Source: an uncultured Pseudomonadota bacterium
Lineage (GTDB): Bacteria; Myxococcota_A; Polyangia; Fen-1088
Assembly (NCBI GenBank): GCA_963847705.1
Contig: CAWKBC010000029.1
Coordinates: 288,001 to 352,000 of the forward strand
Length of the DNA: 64,000 bases
Reading direction: 5' to 3'
The notes beneath the pieces are model-generated. The model did not search any database, was not told where the DNA came from, and saw nothing but the letters and a program-made list of their open reading frames with translations. Every line of letters starts with the position of its first letter. The first letter of the stretch is position 1. Below are positions 1 through 10,872 of the stretch, in pieces. The position numbers were made by a program, and so were the translations under genes.

Positions 1-143
1 GCGGCGACGGCCACCGACGTCGCGCAGGGGACCTGGGCAACGGGAACCCCGGTGGGCGGTGTCCCACAGCCGACCCCCGCTGCCGCGACGCAGGGTCAGG
101 TCCTCTTGCGCGCATTTCTCGATTAGAGGAATAAATAGACCCG

Positions 144-1160
144 ATGGCCGAACCCGCAACAGCCTCCGCCGCCCGCGTCAACGACACCCCCACGCTCGAC
201 TTCGAGCGCCCGGTGGTGGAGCTGGAACGCAAGATCGAAGAGCTCATCCGTGTGAGCGGCGGCGCCTCCGAGCTGCGCCCGCAGATCGCGCTGCTCGAAA
301 GACGCGCCCGCGAGCTGCAACAGAAGATCTTCGCCGAGCTCACGCCCTGGCAGAAGGTGCAGCTGTCCCGCCACCCCGCCCGCCCCTACACCCTCGACTA
401 CATCGAACGCCTGGTGGGCGACTTCACCGAGCTGCACGGCGATCGCCGCTTCGCCGACGATCCGGCGGTGGTCGGCGGCTTCGGGACCTTCGACGGGGTT
501 CCGGTGCTGGTGCTCGGCCACCAAAAAGGACGCAGCACCAAGGAAAAGGTGCAGCGCAACTTTGGACAGCCCAAGCCCGAGGGGTACCGCAAGGCGCTCC
601 GGCTGATGGACCTGGCGGCCCGGATGCGGCGCCCCATCCTCTGCTTGATCGACACCCAGGGGGCCTATCCCGGCGTCGACGCCGAGGAGCGCGGCCAGGC
701 CGAGGCGATCGCCAAGAACCTCGAGGTGATGGCCGGCCTGCCGGTGCCGATCATCTGCGCGGTGATTGGCGAAGGGGGCTCCGGCGGCGCGCTGGCGCTG
801 GGCGTCGGAAACCGGATCCTGATGATGGAGTACGCCACCTACTCGGTGATCTCGCCCGAGGGGTGCGCGTCGATCCTCTGGCGCGACGACAACCGCAAGC
901 CGGACGCGGCCGCGGCGATGAAGATGACGGCCACCGACCTGAAGCGGCTGGGGATCGTCGACGAGGTGATCCCCGAAGCGCCGGGCGGCGCGCACCGCGA
1001 CCACGATCTGACGGCGCGCCAGCTGGGCGAGGCGCTGCGGCGCCACCTGGCCGAGCTGTCGGCCATGTCGCCGGAGGCGCTGCGCGCCGATCGCTACGCC
1101 AAGTTCCGCCATATGGGCGCGTTCGTCGAATCGGGCGACAAGCCGGCCGCGCCGGCGTGA
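144..1160 (+). CDS. accA: Acetyl-CoA carboxylase carboxyltransferase subunit alpha
   Basis: [39 protein letters not shown] and [14 protein letters not shown] are hallmark motifs. Confidence 0.97.
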   Translation: MAEPATASAARVNDTPTLDFERPVVELERKIEELIRVSGGASELRPQIALLERRARELQQKIFAELTPWQKVQLSRHPARPYTLDYIERLVGDFTELHGDRRFADDPAVVGGFGTFDGVPVLVLGHQKGRSTKEKVQRNFGQPKPEGYRKALRLMDLAARMRRPILCLIDTQGAYPGVDAEERGQAEAIAKNLEVMAGLPVPIICAVIGEGGSGGALALGVGNRILMMEYATYSVISPEGCASILWRDDNRKPDAAAAMKMTATDLKRLGIVDEVIPEAPGGAHRDHDLTARQLGEALRRHLAELSAMSPEALRADRYAKFRHMGAFVESGDKPAAPA

Positions 1161-1792
1161 GCAGGGAGTCGGCGCTCTGTACCGAGGCGTTGCGGGTCAA
1201 CAGCCGCTACGTCGAGGAGGTGGTGATCGGCTGGGGGCTCTGTCCGTGGGCCGCGCAAGCCTGGCGCGAGGGCGCCGTCGCCCGCCGCGTCCTGGTCGAC
1301 CCGGCGCCCGGGCAGTCCACAGAGCGAGCAACCGAGCGAGCTGCCGAGGTCGAACGAGTGCTGGCCTTCATCGACGAGATCGCGCCCAACCCCGCCGTCT
1401 CGATCGGCCTGGCCATCTTCCCGCGCGCGACGCTCGGCGAGGCGGCCTGGGGAACCTTCGCCGAGCGGGTCCGGCGCGCCGACCGCGCCCGCCGCGCGCC
1501 CGAGCTGAGCGCGCCCTTCCTGCTGGCCGCCTTTCACCCGAAGAGCGGCGGGAGCGCCGCGGCTGCCGCAAATTCTGGCGCGCTGGTGGCATTCATCCGC
1601 CGCGCGCCCGATCCGATGCTGCAGCTCGTGCGCGCCAGCCTCCTCGAACGGCTCGCGCCCGCCGGCCGCGATCTCTCGGGCGAGATCGCGCGCGCCAACT
1701 TTGCCGCCGTCAACGCCCGCACGCCGGCCGCGCTGGACGCCCTCATCGGGGAGATCCGCGCCGACCGCGACGCCAGCTACGCCCGGCTGTAG
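1157..1792 (+). CDS. DUF1415-like protein
   Basis: GTG start overlaps the accA stop (GTGA). [16 protein letters not shown] and [12 protein letters not shown] resemble DUF1415. Confidence 0.7.
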   Translation: MSRESALCTEALRVNSRYVEEVVIGWGLCPWAAQAWREGAVARRVLVDPAPGQSTERATERAAEVERVLAFIDEIAPNPAVSIGLAIFPRATLGEAAWGTFAERVRRADRARRAPELSAPFLLAAFHPKSGGSAAAAANSGALVAFIRRAPDPMLQLVRASLLERLAPAGRDLSGEIARANFAAVNARTPAALDALIGEIRADRDASYARL

Positions 1793-1807
1793 CGGTAAAG
1801 TCGGGCG

Positions 1808-2452
1808 ATGGACTTTTACTTCGGACGGCTCTCCGGCAACTCCACCCGCAGCGCGTTCGCCCTCTGCGAGGCGGGCATACCGTTCACGCCCCACCCCGTC
1901 GGCACGCCAAACGGCGAGAATCGGCAGGAGCCCTACCTGGCGCTCAATCCGATGGGGAAGGTGCCAGCGCTCATCGACGGTGACGTGCGCCTCTGGGAAT
2001 CGAACGCCATCAACTGGTACGTCGCCGAGAAGCATCCGGAGACGCGCTTGCTCCCGCCCACGCTGGCCGGGCGCGCCTCGGTCCAGCGCTGGCTCATGTT
2101 CCAGGCGGGCCACGTCTCCCCGGCCTCGACCACCATCTTTCGCAAGACCAATCAACGCATCCGATCCTTCTGGAAGACCGACGCCGACCCGAAGGCATTC
2201 GACGCGGCGCAGAAGGAGCTGGCGCGCTACCTCGCGGTGCTGGAGCAGGCGCTGGCCGGACGCGACTGGCTGGAGGGCGACTTCTCGCTGGCCGACATCG
2301 CCTATGCGCCCCACTTTGCGGCGGTGGCCGAAGGAGAGGGCGGCCTCGACCTTTCCGCGACACCGAACGTGGGAGTCTGGCTGCAGCGGATGTGGGCCCG
2401 GCCGGCCTGGAAGAAGGCGACCGAGATGGCCTTCGGCGGCCAGGGTGGATAG
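1808..2452 (+). CDS. Glutathione S-transferase family protein
   Basis: LNPMGKVPAL, LWESNAI and FSLADI motifs. Confidence 0.93.
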   Translation: MDFYFGRLSGNSTRSAFALCEAGIPFTPHPVGTPNGENRQEPYLALNPMGKVPALIDGDVRLWESNAINWYVAEKHPETRLLPPTLAGRASVQRWLMFQAGHVSPASTTIFRKTNQRIRSFWKTDADPKAFDAAQKELARYLAVLEQALAGRDWLEGDFSLADIAYAPHFAAVAEGEGGLDLSATPNVGVWLQRMWARPAWKKATEMAFGGQGG

Positions 2453-2502
2453 CAATCGAAAGAACTTGCGGCGTTTCTCGAAAAAAGGGATGCGATAGAG
2501 CC

Positions 2503-3489
2503 ATGTCCATCCTGATCGTCGGCGGCGCCGGTTACATCGGGTGCCACACTGCCAAGCTGGTCGCGGCCTCCGGCCAGCGCCCCATCGTCTTCGACAACTT
2601 GGTCTACGGGCACCGGGAGGCGGTGAAGTGGGGGCCGCTGGTCGAGGGGGATCTGGCCGAGCCCGACGCCATCCGCCGGGCGCTCACCGAACATGCCGTG
2701 GAGGCGGTGATCCACTTCGCCGCCTACGCCTACGTGGGCGAGTCGATGACCGATCCGGGAAAGTATTTTCGCAACAACGTCGCGGGGACGATCAACCTGC
2801 TGGACGCGATGGTGGCCGTCGGCGTGCGCGATCTGGTCTTCTCCTCGACCTGCGCCACCTACGGCGAGCCGCAGGAGGTCCCCATCTCCGAGAGCCATCC
2901 CCAGAACCCGGTCAACGCCTACGGCGAGACCAAACTGGCCGTCGAGCGGATGTTGCGCTGGTACGGACAGGCCCACGGGCTCCGCTACGCGGCGCTGCGC
3001 TACTTCAACGCCGCCGGCGCCGATCCCGACGGCGACGTCGGCGAGGATCATTCCCCGGAGACGCACCTCATTCCGCTGGCGATCGAGGCGGCGCATGGCC
3101 GCGGCAAGCCATTGTCGATCTTCGGGACCGACTACCCCACGCCGGACGGCACCGCGGTGCGCGACTACATTCACGTCCTCGACCTGGGAGAGGCACACCT
3201 GCTGGCCCTGGCCGCGCTGGCCAAGGGGGCGACCAGCCTTCACCTGAATCTGGGGACCGGACGTGGCAGCTCGGTGCGGGAGGTGATCACCTCGGTGGAG
3301 AAGGCGACCGGCCGTACGGTGCCGGCCCGCGAGGTTGGGCGGCGGGCCGGCGATCCGCCGGTGCTGGTGGCGGACGCGCGCCAGGCCAACGAGCGGCTCG
3401 GCTGGAAGCCGCGCTACCCCGAGCTCGACACCATCGTCGCCCACGCCGCCCGCTGGCACGGGCGGGTCAAAGCGCCGGCCGCGCCCTGA
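2503..3489 (+). CDS. galE: UDP-glucose 4-epimerase
   Basis: GGAGYIG, YGETK (YxxxK), LRYFNAAGA and DGTAVRDYIHV. Start taken at ATG 2503. Confidence 0.95.
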   Translation: MSILIVGGAGYIGCHTAKLVAASGQRPIVFDNLVYGHREAVKWGPLVEGDLAEPDAIRRALTEHAVEAVIHFAAYAYVGESMTDPGKYFRNNVAGTINLLDAMVAVGVRDLVFSSTCATYGEPQEVPISESHPQNPVNAYGETKLAVERMLRWYGQAHGLRYAALRYFNAAGADPDGDVGEDHSPETHLIPLAIEAAHGRGKPLSIFGTDYPTPDGTAVRDYIHVLDLGEAHLLALAALAKGATSLHLNLGTGRGSSVREVITSVEKATGRTVPAREVGRRAGDPPVLVADARQANERLGWKPRYPELDTIVAHAARWHGRVKAPAAP

Positions 3490-4235
<746 letters not shown>

Positions 4236-4239
<4 letters not shown>

Positions 4240-5198
4240 GTGGCCGCCCGGTAGCGGGGGAGCACGATACAGAATCGCGCGCCGTGATCGACCTGGGAGC
4301 GGACCTCGACCCGCCCGCGGTGCGCTTCGACGACCGCCCGCACGATCGCCAGACCGAGGCCCGACCCGGCCGCACCGCCCGCGACCGCCCCCGAGCCGCG
4401 TTCGAACTTCTCGAAGATCGCCGCCTGCTCGAGGCGAGGGATCCCCACGCCGTTGTCGCTGACGGAGATCGAGATCGTCTCGCGGTCGGCGCGCGCCCGC
4501 ACCTCGATCTTCTTGCCAGTGGGTCGGGTGTACTTCCAGGCGTTGCTGAGCAGGTTGCTCATCGCCTGCGCCAGCGCCGACCGATCGCCGTAGACGAGCA
4601 GGTCGGGATCGAGATCGGCGCGGACATCGGCCACCTCGGCCTCCCCGCCGATCTTCATCGCCTCGAAGGCGGTCAGCGCATCTCCCACGAAGTCGGCCAC
4701 CCGGACCGGATGGCGCTCGAAGGCGGTGGGGCGGGATTCAATCTTCGACAGCTCGATGAGCTTGCCGACCAGCCCGTCGAGGCGGGTCAGCTCCTGGTGC
4801 ACGATCGCCAGGCAGCGCTGCCGCTCGGCGGGAGACTCGATCCGGTCCGCCCGCAGCGTCTCGATGAACATGAGGATCGAGGTGAGCGGCGTTCGGATCT
4901 CGTGCGACACCGACGAGAGGAACTCGTTCTGGATGGAGGCCAGGTTCGCCCCGCGGTTGACGAAGATGCTCCCCATTGTGTAGCCGGCCAGGGCGGTGGC
5001 GCAGAAGGCCAGCACCAGGATCCCCCCCACGATGGAGAGAGACTTGGACCCGCCCGAGGCGACCAGGATGATGCCGATCGCCGTCATGAGGACGGTGGGC
5101 ACCAGCGCCGCCAGCATGAACGTGATGCGAGCACGGTGCAGGAAGACCGAGGTGGGCGAGCGGTGTCGCACGCCCCTGCGTTTGACGCCGATTTTCAC
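4236..5198 (-). CDS. Membrane sensor histidine kinase (two TM helices, very short loop)
   Basis: SHEIRTPLT H-box, NLLSNAWKY, DNGVGI and GSGLGL. GTG start overlaps the desaturase stop. Confidence 0.92.
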
Positions 5199-6073
5199 GC
5201 CCCTTGGGGCGGTTGGCGCAGATCCCAGATGATGCCGAACCGCGCGAGCACCCACAGCACGTAGTATGTCACGTCGATCTCCCACCAGCGAAACCCCTGC
5301 CTGGCCGAGCTCGGGTAGCGGTGGTGGTTGTTGTGCCACCCCTCCCCGGTCGTGGCGACCGCCAGGAGGAAGCTGTTGCGGGAGTCGTCGGTCGTTTCGT
5401 AGCGGCGCCGCCCGATCAGGTGCGCCAGGGAATTGATGGAGAACGAGCCGTGCCACACCAGCACCGAGGAGACCAAGAAGCCCCAGACGAAAGTGTGCAC
5501 GCCGCCCAGCAGGAGCAAGGCGAGCGCGAACGCCACCATGGGAACGATCGCCATGTTCTCGCGGTCGAGGAAACGGAGCTCCGGGAAGCGCGCAAGATCC
5601 TTCACCGAGGCCGGGTCGGTCTCGGTCCAGGTGCTGCTCAGCACCCAGCCGACGTGCGAGTACCAGAAACCACGCTGCCGCACGGAGTGAACGTCCTTGG
5701 GGGTGTCCGAATACTTGTGGTGCCAGCGGTGATGGCTGGCCCACCAGATCACCCCCTTCATGCCGGCGGTCTGCGCCGCCACGGCCATGATGAACTGAAA
5801 GACCCGCGAGGTCTTGAACGCCTTGTGCGAGAAATACCGATGGTAGGCGGCGGTCACCACCACCATCCGAACGAAGTACGAGCCGAGCGCCAGCGCCAGC
5901 CCCCCCCAGGACCAGAACCAGATGGCGCCCACGACGGCGGCGATGTGCACCATCGTGAACGAGACCGTCGTGACGCGGAAGTAGCTGCGCCAGGTTGTTG
6001 GCGCGGGCGACGCCGGCGCGGTTACGGCTTCGACGGCAGGGGTGGCGGTCCAATCGGCGTTGGTAGCGGACAC
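5195..6073 (-). CDS. Acyl-CoA/acyl-lipid delta-9-type fatty acid desaturase
   Basis: His boxes HRYFSH, HRWHH and GEGWHNNHH. Confidence 0.93.
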   Translation of the reverse strand: MSATNADWTATPAVEAVTAPASPAPTTWRSYFRVTTVSFTMVHIAAVVGAIWFWSWGGLALALGSYFVRMVVVTAAYHRYFSHKAFKTSRVFQFIMAVAAQTAGMKGVIWWASHHRWHHKYSDTPKDVHSVRQRGFWYSHVGWVLSSTWTETDPASVKDLARFPELRFLDRENMAIVPMVAFALALLLLGGVHTFVWGFLVSSVLVWHGSFSINSLAHLIGRRRYETTDDSRNSFLLAVATTGEGWHNNHHRYPSSARQGFRWWEIDVTYYVLWVLARFGIIWDLRQPPQGA

Positions 6074-6130
6074 GCTTCCAATATGCCTGTTCCCCCGTCA
6101 GGGCCCGGTCACGTTTCGGTCACGGCGCTG

Positions 6131-7903
6131 TCAGAAGGCCGAAAGGCCGGCGATCTCGGCGGGGAGGCGCTCCGCCATCAGCCGTTCGACCAGCGCACCG
6201 ACCTGAACTTCGCTCTCCAGCGTCAGAGCCTCCGCCGCGAGCGCCTCCGCTTCGACCATTCGCAATCCGCGAACGACCGACTTGACGACGGGAATCGAGG
6301 AGGGGTCCATCGAGAGCTCGCGCAGCCCCAACCCGACGAGGATCCAGGTCAGCATGGGGTCCGAGGCCATGTCGCCGCAGATGGAGAGCGGAACCCCGAC
6401 CTGTCGGGCGGCGTCGATGACCGTCTTCAGGAGCCGCAGCATGGCGGGATGGAGCGGCTGATAGAGATAGGCGACGTCGTCGTTGTCGCGATCGGCCGCG
6501 AAGGCGTACTGAATGAGGTCGTTGGTCCCGAGGCTGAGGAAGGCGCAACGCCGGGCCAGATGGTCGGCAGTCAAGGCGGCGCTGGGCGTCTCGATCATGA
6601 CGCCGAGCGGGACGGGAGCCCCCTGTCCGACGGTGACGCTCCCCTTGCGGCCCAGGGCCGCGGCCACGTCGTCGGAGATGGCGATCGCCCGTTCGAGCTC
6701 GGTCACCCCCGAGACCAGCGGGAACATCAGCCGCATGGGAGCGTGAGACGACGCCCGATAGAGGGCGCGGAGCTGGGTGCGAAAAATGTCGGGGCGCTCC
6801 AGGGAAAAGCGCATCGACCGCATCCCGAGCGCAGGGTTGGCGCCGGTGGCGATCCGCAGCGCCGCGGGGAGCTTGTCGCCTCCGAGGTCGAGAGTTCGGA
6901 AGGTCACCGTGATGCCGTCGGCGGCGCGCAGGGCCGAGACGGCGTCGGTGTATTGCTCCTCTTCGCTCGGCAGGTCGGTGCGATCGAGGTAGAGAAATTC
7001 CGTGCGCATTAGGCCGATCGATTCGGCCCCGGCGGCCCGCGCAGCCGAAATGCCGGCGACCGATTCGACGTTGGCCGCCAGATGAACGCGCACGTCGTCG
7101 AGCGTGACCGAAGGGAGATCCCGCAGTGACGTCAGCGCCAAGGAGCGCTGGCGCCCGACCGCCATGCTGGACTGGTAGCGGGCCAGCGTCTCCTCGTCGG
7201 GCTGGAAGACGAGCTCGCCGTGCGAGCCGTCGACGATCAGCGTGGCGTCGGGGGGGACGTGAGCCCCCAGATTCTTGATCCCCGCGACGTAGGGAATTCC
7301 CAGATCCCGGGCCACGAGGGCGGCGTGCGAGGTCTTGCCGCCCCGCTCGCTGACGATCCCGATGACACCGGCCCGTTCGAGCTGGTAGGGATCGAGGGGC
7401 GTCAGCTCGAAGCAGACCGCGATGGAGCCCTTTCGCGCGCCGGCACCGGGGCGGATGTCGGGCAGCCCCAGCAGCACCCGCACCAGCCGCTCGCCGACCG
7501 CCTCGAAGTCGGCGCCGCGCGCGCGAAAGAACGGATCGGGCAGGGCGGCGAACGTCGCGCGGATGTGCTCCATGGCACGGGTGACCGCCCATTCGGCCGC
7601 CAGCGCCTCGTCGGCGATCATCCGACGGGTCTCCCCTTCGATCTCCGGGCTGCGGAGCATCAACCGCTGGACCTCGATCAGCGCCTCTCCGTCGGCGCTT
7701 CGCCCCTGCAAGAACTGCCGGAGGCCGGCCAGCTGCTCGTCCGCCGCGCGAAGCGCCGTGGTGAGACGCGCCAGCTCCGCCTCGCGATCGCCGCGTAGGA
7801 TCCGGCGCTCGGCGACCACCGCCCGGCTGACCAGCAGATGCGCGGGGCCAATCGCGACGCCCCCGGAAGCGGCGATGCCTTTGAAGTGTCTCCCGGCGAC
7901 CAT
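6131..7903 (-). CDS. ptsI: PEP-protein phosphotransferase (PTS enzyme I)
   Basis: GGKTSHAA phospho-His, GLMRTEFL, RTLDLGGDK, SLGTNDLIQY and ICGDMA. Start at ATG 7903. Confidence 0.93.
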   Translation of the reverse strand: MVAGRHFKGIAASGGVAIGPAHLLVSRAVVAERRILRGDREAELARLTTALRAADEQLAGLRQFLQGRSADGEALIEVQRLMLRSPEIEGETRRMIADEALAAEWAVTRAMEHIRATFAALPDPFFRARGADFEAVGERLVRVLLGLPDIRPGAGARKGSIAVCFELTPLDPYQLERAGVIGIVSERGGKTSHAALVARDLGIPYVAGIKNLGAHVPPDATLIVDGSHGELVFQPDEETLARYQSSMAVGRQRSLALTSLRDLPSVTLDDVRVHLAANVESVAGISAARAAGAESIGLMRTEFLYLDRTDLPSEEEQYTDAVSALRAADGITVTFRTLDLGGDKLPAALRIATGANPALGMRSMRFSLERPDIFRTQLRALYRASSHAPMRLMFPLVSGVTELERAIAISDDVAAALGRKGSVTVGQGAPVPLGVMIETPSAALTADHLARRCAFLSLGTNDLIQYAFAADRDNDDVAYLYQPLHPAMLRLLKTVIDAARQVGVPLSICGDMASDPMLTWILVGLGLRELSMDPSSIPVVKSVVRGLRMVEAEALAAEALTLESEVQVGALVERLMAERLPAEIAGLSAF

Positions 7904-8020
7904 TCCCCGACGTGGGCAAGCATGCGCGTCCTGCCCGAGGGCGCCAGCACAATCGTGTGCCGCGCGGGACCGCGCCTCAAACACGTAGCGTGCCCCTGCC
8001 CAGGCCCTTATATAGGTCGG

Positions 8021-8248
8021 ATGTCGAACGATCCCGCCGCGGACGTCGTGGCAGCGCGACGGGCTCTGTCAGTCGCGCGCGCCGACCTCGACGAGGCCGT
8101 GGCGGCGGTGCCGGAGATCGACGGGGAAGATGCGCTGGCCTCGCCGGGTCTCCTGGCCCTCCTGCTGCGCGCGGTGAGCGCCAAGAACCACCTTGACCAC
8201 CTCGAGCTCTCGGCGGCGGTCGAAAGGCACCCGCGGATCCTTCAGTAG
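8021..8248 (+). CDS. Small helical hypothetical protein (75 aa)
   Basis: ATG start, GC3-rich codons, protein-like composition. No family recognised. Confidence 0.55.
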   Translation: MSNDPAADVVAARRALSVARADLDEAVAAVPEIDGEDALASPGLLALLLRAVSAKNHLDHLELSAAVERHPRILQ

Positions 8249-8342
8249 CTCGCGGGCGCTCCACCAGCAGCGCGCAGGAGCTCAACGTCCCGTCGCCTGC
8301 CCCGCCGTCCCGCAGCGCCGGCTCAGTCGACGCCCGTCCCGC

Positions 8343-8507
8343 TCACTCTTGCTGCTTCGGCGGCCTTCCCCGTCGCATGGCCCACTTGGGCTTCTCTTTG
8401 CGGGCGGGTCGGGCCGAGGTCGAGGTGCCTCTCGCGGCACGCTCTCCCGCCTCCCGCGCCGCCTGCGCGGCAACGATGGCCGCCCGCTTGTCTTCTGCTT
8501 TCCCCAT
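8343..8507 (-). CDS. Small basic hypothetical protein (54 aa)
   Basis: MGKAEDKRAAIVAAQAARE... with a Lys/Arg-rich tail. TATGCT upstream. Confidence 0.5.
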   Translation of the reverse strand: MGKAEDKRAAIVAAQAAREAGERAARGTSTSARPARKEKPKWAMRRGRPPKQQE

Positions 8508-8699
8508 GACCGACCACCGCCTTTTTGCCAGCATACACCCTAGGTTCAGCGACCGCCCGGGCCGCCCCTGCAAAACTATTTCCGCCTGAGGCACCGCCCT
8601 GCGATCGCCTCAGGCAGCGGAGGACGCGGCCCGCCAGCGGTTCAGACCGTCGGAAAAGCCGCATTGTTCCGGGGTTTCGCATTTATTCCGCGCGCGGTG

Positions 8700-8714
8700 G
8701 CAGCCACCGTGCCA
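8700..8714 (-). promoter_or_regulatory. Candidate sigma54 -24/-12 promoter
   Basis: Minus strand reads TGGCACG-GTGG-CTGC against the consensus TGGCACG-N4-TTGC. Confidence 0.45.
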
Positions 8715-8841
8715 TTCTCCCTGCTGCCTGGCGCAGCTGCTGCCAGGTGGCTTCGGCGCCGTGGCGCGAGCGGAAGTCCACCAACCCCCCTCGTCCATAG
8801 ATGCGCGGGAAAGACGCCCCAATGATCAAGGAGGCGCGCAG

Positions 8842-9144
8842 GTGGCAAGAGTAACGGTCGAAGACTGTCTGGAGCGGGTCAACAATCACTTCGCGTTGGT
8901 GATCCTGGCCGCCAGCCGGGCCCGGCAGATCGCCGTCGGTGCGCCGCGGCTGGTCGAGTGCACCAACAAGTCGGCCGTCGCCGCTCTGCGCGAGGTCGGC
9001 GCGGGCAAGGTGCGGTTCAAGGAGAACGTCGACTCCGTCATCCGCACCTTCGTGGCGGAGCGCAAGGAGGTCGATCGCATCAACAAGCTGGCCGGCACCA
9101 CCCGGCGCCATCGCGATCGCCAGATCCCCGCGCCGGCGCGCTAG
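8842..9144 (+). CDS. rpoZ: RNA polymerase omega subunit
   Basis: ARVTVEDCLERVNNHFALVILAASRARQI...NKSAVAALREV. AAGGAGG RBS before GTG 8842. Confidence 0.93.
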   Translation: MARVTVEDCLERVNNHFALVILAASRARQIAVGAPRLVECTNKSAVAALREVGAGKVRFKENVDSVIRTFVAERKEVDRINKLAGTTRRHRDRQIPAPAR

Positions 9145-9184
9145 GAGGGCGCTCGACGACGACGGGCTGTCCTGAGCGGCCCGC

Positions 9185-10093
9185 TCAGGACTGGCCGAAG
9201 ATGTCCTGGCGGGCCGATTTGCAGATGGCCACCACCGCAGGGTGCTTGATCTTCCGCTCCACCGAGAGCGCGTAGAACTGCTGGAGCACGGCGCTCGACC
9301 GGCCCACCACGCGCACCGCGTACTGGTGCAGGACCTCGCGCTCGATGACCGTGGGCGCGGCGAAGACGCCCATCCCCTCCATCCCGAACGACTTCGCCAG
9401 CGCGCTGTCGTCGAGCTCGGCGACGATCGTCGGGTGGACGTCCTCGGCGATGAACCATTGTTCGAGCGAGCGGCGAACGGTGGAGGGGGCGCCCGGCAAC
9501 AGGAAGGGGACCCCCTCGAGCGAGCGCGGAAACCGCCGCTTCATCGACGACGCCAGCTTCGGCGCCGCGAAGAACGAGGTCCCGCACGCGCCGAGCAGGT
9601 GGCTGAAGGCGCGCACGGGAACCGCCGAGCTGGCCGGACCGTCGGCGATCACCACGTCGACGCGATGGAGCGCCAGCTCGGCGACGAACTCCTCGACCGA
9701 CTTGTCCGCGCGGCAGACCACGCGGACCGGCTGGCCGAGCCGGAAGGCCGGCTCCAGGAATCGTCGCACCAAGGAGGCCGGGAGCACGTCGGCGATCCCC
9801 ACCACCAGCCGGAGCGGGTGTCCGCTGGCCCGGCCCTTCAAGGTGTCGACGAACTCCCGTCCCAGCGAGAAGATCTCGTCCGCGTAGCGGAACGCCACCC
9901 GCCCCGCCTCGGTGAGGACCAGGTTGCGCCCCCGACGGGCGAAGAGCTTTTCGCCCAGGACCTCTTCGAGCTTGTGGATCTGGCCGCTGATGGTGGGGTG
10001 GGCCAGGTGAAGCTCCTCACTGGCCCGCACGATGCTCCCCTCCCGGGCCACCACCCAGAAGTACTGAAGGTGGTGGTAGTTGAGCCATTCCAT
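9185..10093 (-). CDS. nhaR: NhaR-type LysR transcriptional activator
   Basis: MEWLNYHHLQYFWVVAREGSI, DDSALAKSFG and SVERKIKHPAVVAI are NhaR-typical. Confidence 0.9.
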   Translation of the reverse strand: MEWLNYHHLQYFWVVAREGSIVRASEELHLAHPTISGQIHKLEEVLGEKLFARRGRNLVLTEAGRVAFRYADEIFSLGREFVDTLKGRASGHPLRLVVGIADVLPASLVRRFLEPAFRLGQPVRVVCRADKSVEEFVAELALHRVDVVIADGPASSAVPVRAFSHLLGACGTSFFAAPKLASSMKRRFPRSLEGVPFLLPGAPSTVRRSLEQWFIAEDVHPTIVAELDDSALAKSFGMEGMGVFAAPTVIEREVLHQYAVRVVGRSSAVLQQFYALSVERKIKHPAVVAICKSARQDIFGQS

Positions 10094-10110
10094 CGCCGAC
10101 GGACCATATC

Positions 10111-10142
10111 TCGGTTTTTTCGACGATGTGTTCTGAAACTTC
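10111..10142. promoter_or_regulatory. Putative NhaR operator, copy 1 (T-N11-A box)
   Basis: TCGGTTTTTTCGA-CG-N8-TGAAACTTC, repeated with identical spacing at 10594. Confidence 0.65.
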
Positions 10143-10262
10143 CTAATAGTCGGCGCATTGCCGGGCGGCCAGGCTACACGCCGGACAGAGCACTGAAATG
10201 GAGCCAGCGGGGGTAGAGCGGACCTGGTCTCGGGGGCCGGCCGAAATCGGGGGAGGCGACCA

Positions 10263-10589
10263 GTGAAGATCTTCTCGGGGTACGACGCCGTGGCTCTCCG
10301 CGTCCCCGCCGGGGCGATGTCGCTCGCCGCCCGCCTGAGCGTGGTGGACGAGCTCATGTGCGCGCTCGAGCTGGTGACCCGAGCGGGCCAGCAGCACGTG
10401 ATGAACAAGATCCTGACCATCCTCCGCCGGGAGATGCTCCTGGTCGCCGCTCCCTTCGCGGCCGCCGACCTGGCCTCGCTCCTGGACGCCATGGCGGAGC
10501 TCGAGCACGAAGCCGGACGGCTGGCCCCCACGGCGGCCGCCTTCAATCGTCATGCGCGGGTCGTCACCGGGGTGCTGGAGCAGACCTGA
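10263..10589 (+). CDS. Hypothetical protein (108 aa)
   Basis: GGAGG RBS, GTG start, typical codon usage. Confidence 0.7.
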   Translation: MKIFSGYDAVALRVPAGAMSLAARLSVVDELMCALELVTRAGQQHVMNKILTILRREMLLVAAPFAAADLASLLDAMAELEHEAGRLAPTAAAFNRHARVVTGVLEQT

Positions 10590-10593
10590 TACG

Positions 10594-10625
10594 TCGAGTT
10601 TTTCGACGCAATCGGTTGAAACTTC
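10594..10625. promoter_or_regulatory. Putative NhaR operator, copy 2
   Basis: TCGAGTTTTTCGA-CG-N8-TGAAACTTC. Confidence 0.65.
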
Positions 10626-10668
10626 GGTCTGGCCTACGTCTGCTTCCGGGTCCATCTATGAACGTACG

Positions 10669-10842
10669 ATGGACACGAAACCGAGACTGACGAAGCAAGG
10701 AATCAAGGATCTCAACCACTACGGGCCGAAGCCCGGACGCACCGTGGCCGAAGCGCCGGGCCCCGCCGGCGAGGAAGCGGCGAAGGCCACCCCGCCGGTC
10801 AGCGAGAAGCAGCCCGAAGCGACCGTCTCCGTCGGCGCCTAG
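10669..10842 (+). CDS. Small hypothetical protein (57 aa)
   Basis: MDTKPRLTKQGIKDLNHYGPKP followed by a low-complexity tail. Lies downstream of operator copy 2. Confidence 0.6.
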   Translation: MDTKPRLTKQGIKDLNHYGPKPGRTVAEAPGPAGEEAAKATPPVSEKQPEATVSVGA

Positions 10843-10872
10843 GCGCTCGGCCCTCCGCCCGAAAGGACGCCC

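Noticed and set aside
2478-2495. TCGAAAAAA tract upstream of galE (also near 60209) resembling half of the NhaR-type box
   Set aside because: It lacks the second TCG half-site and the TGAAACTTC element, so it may be a generic A-tract.
8610-8822. ORF ending in ...SSAA-stop, reminiscent of a tmRNA tag
   Set aside because: There are no tRNA-like ends or resume-codon context, and the region is too short.
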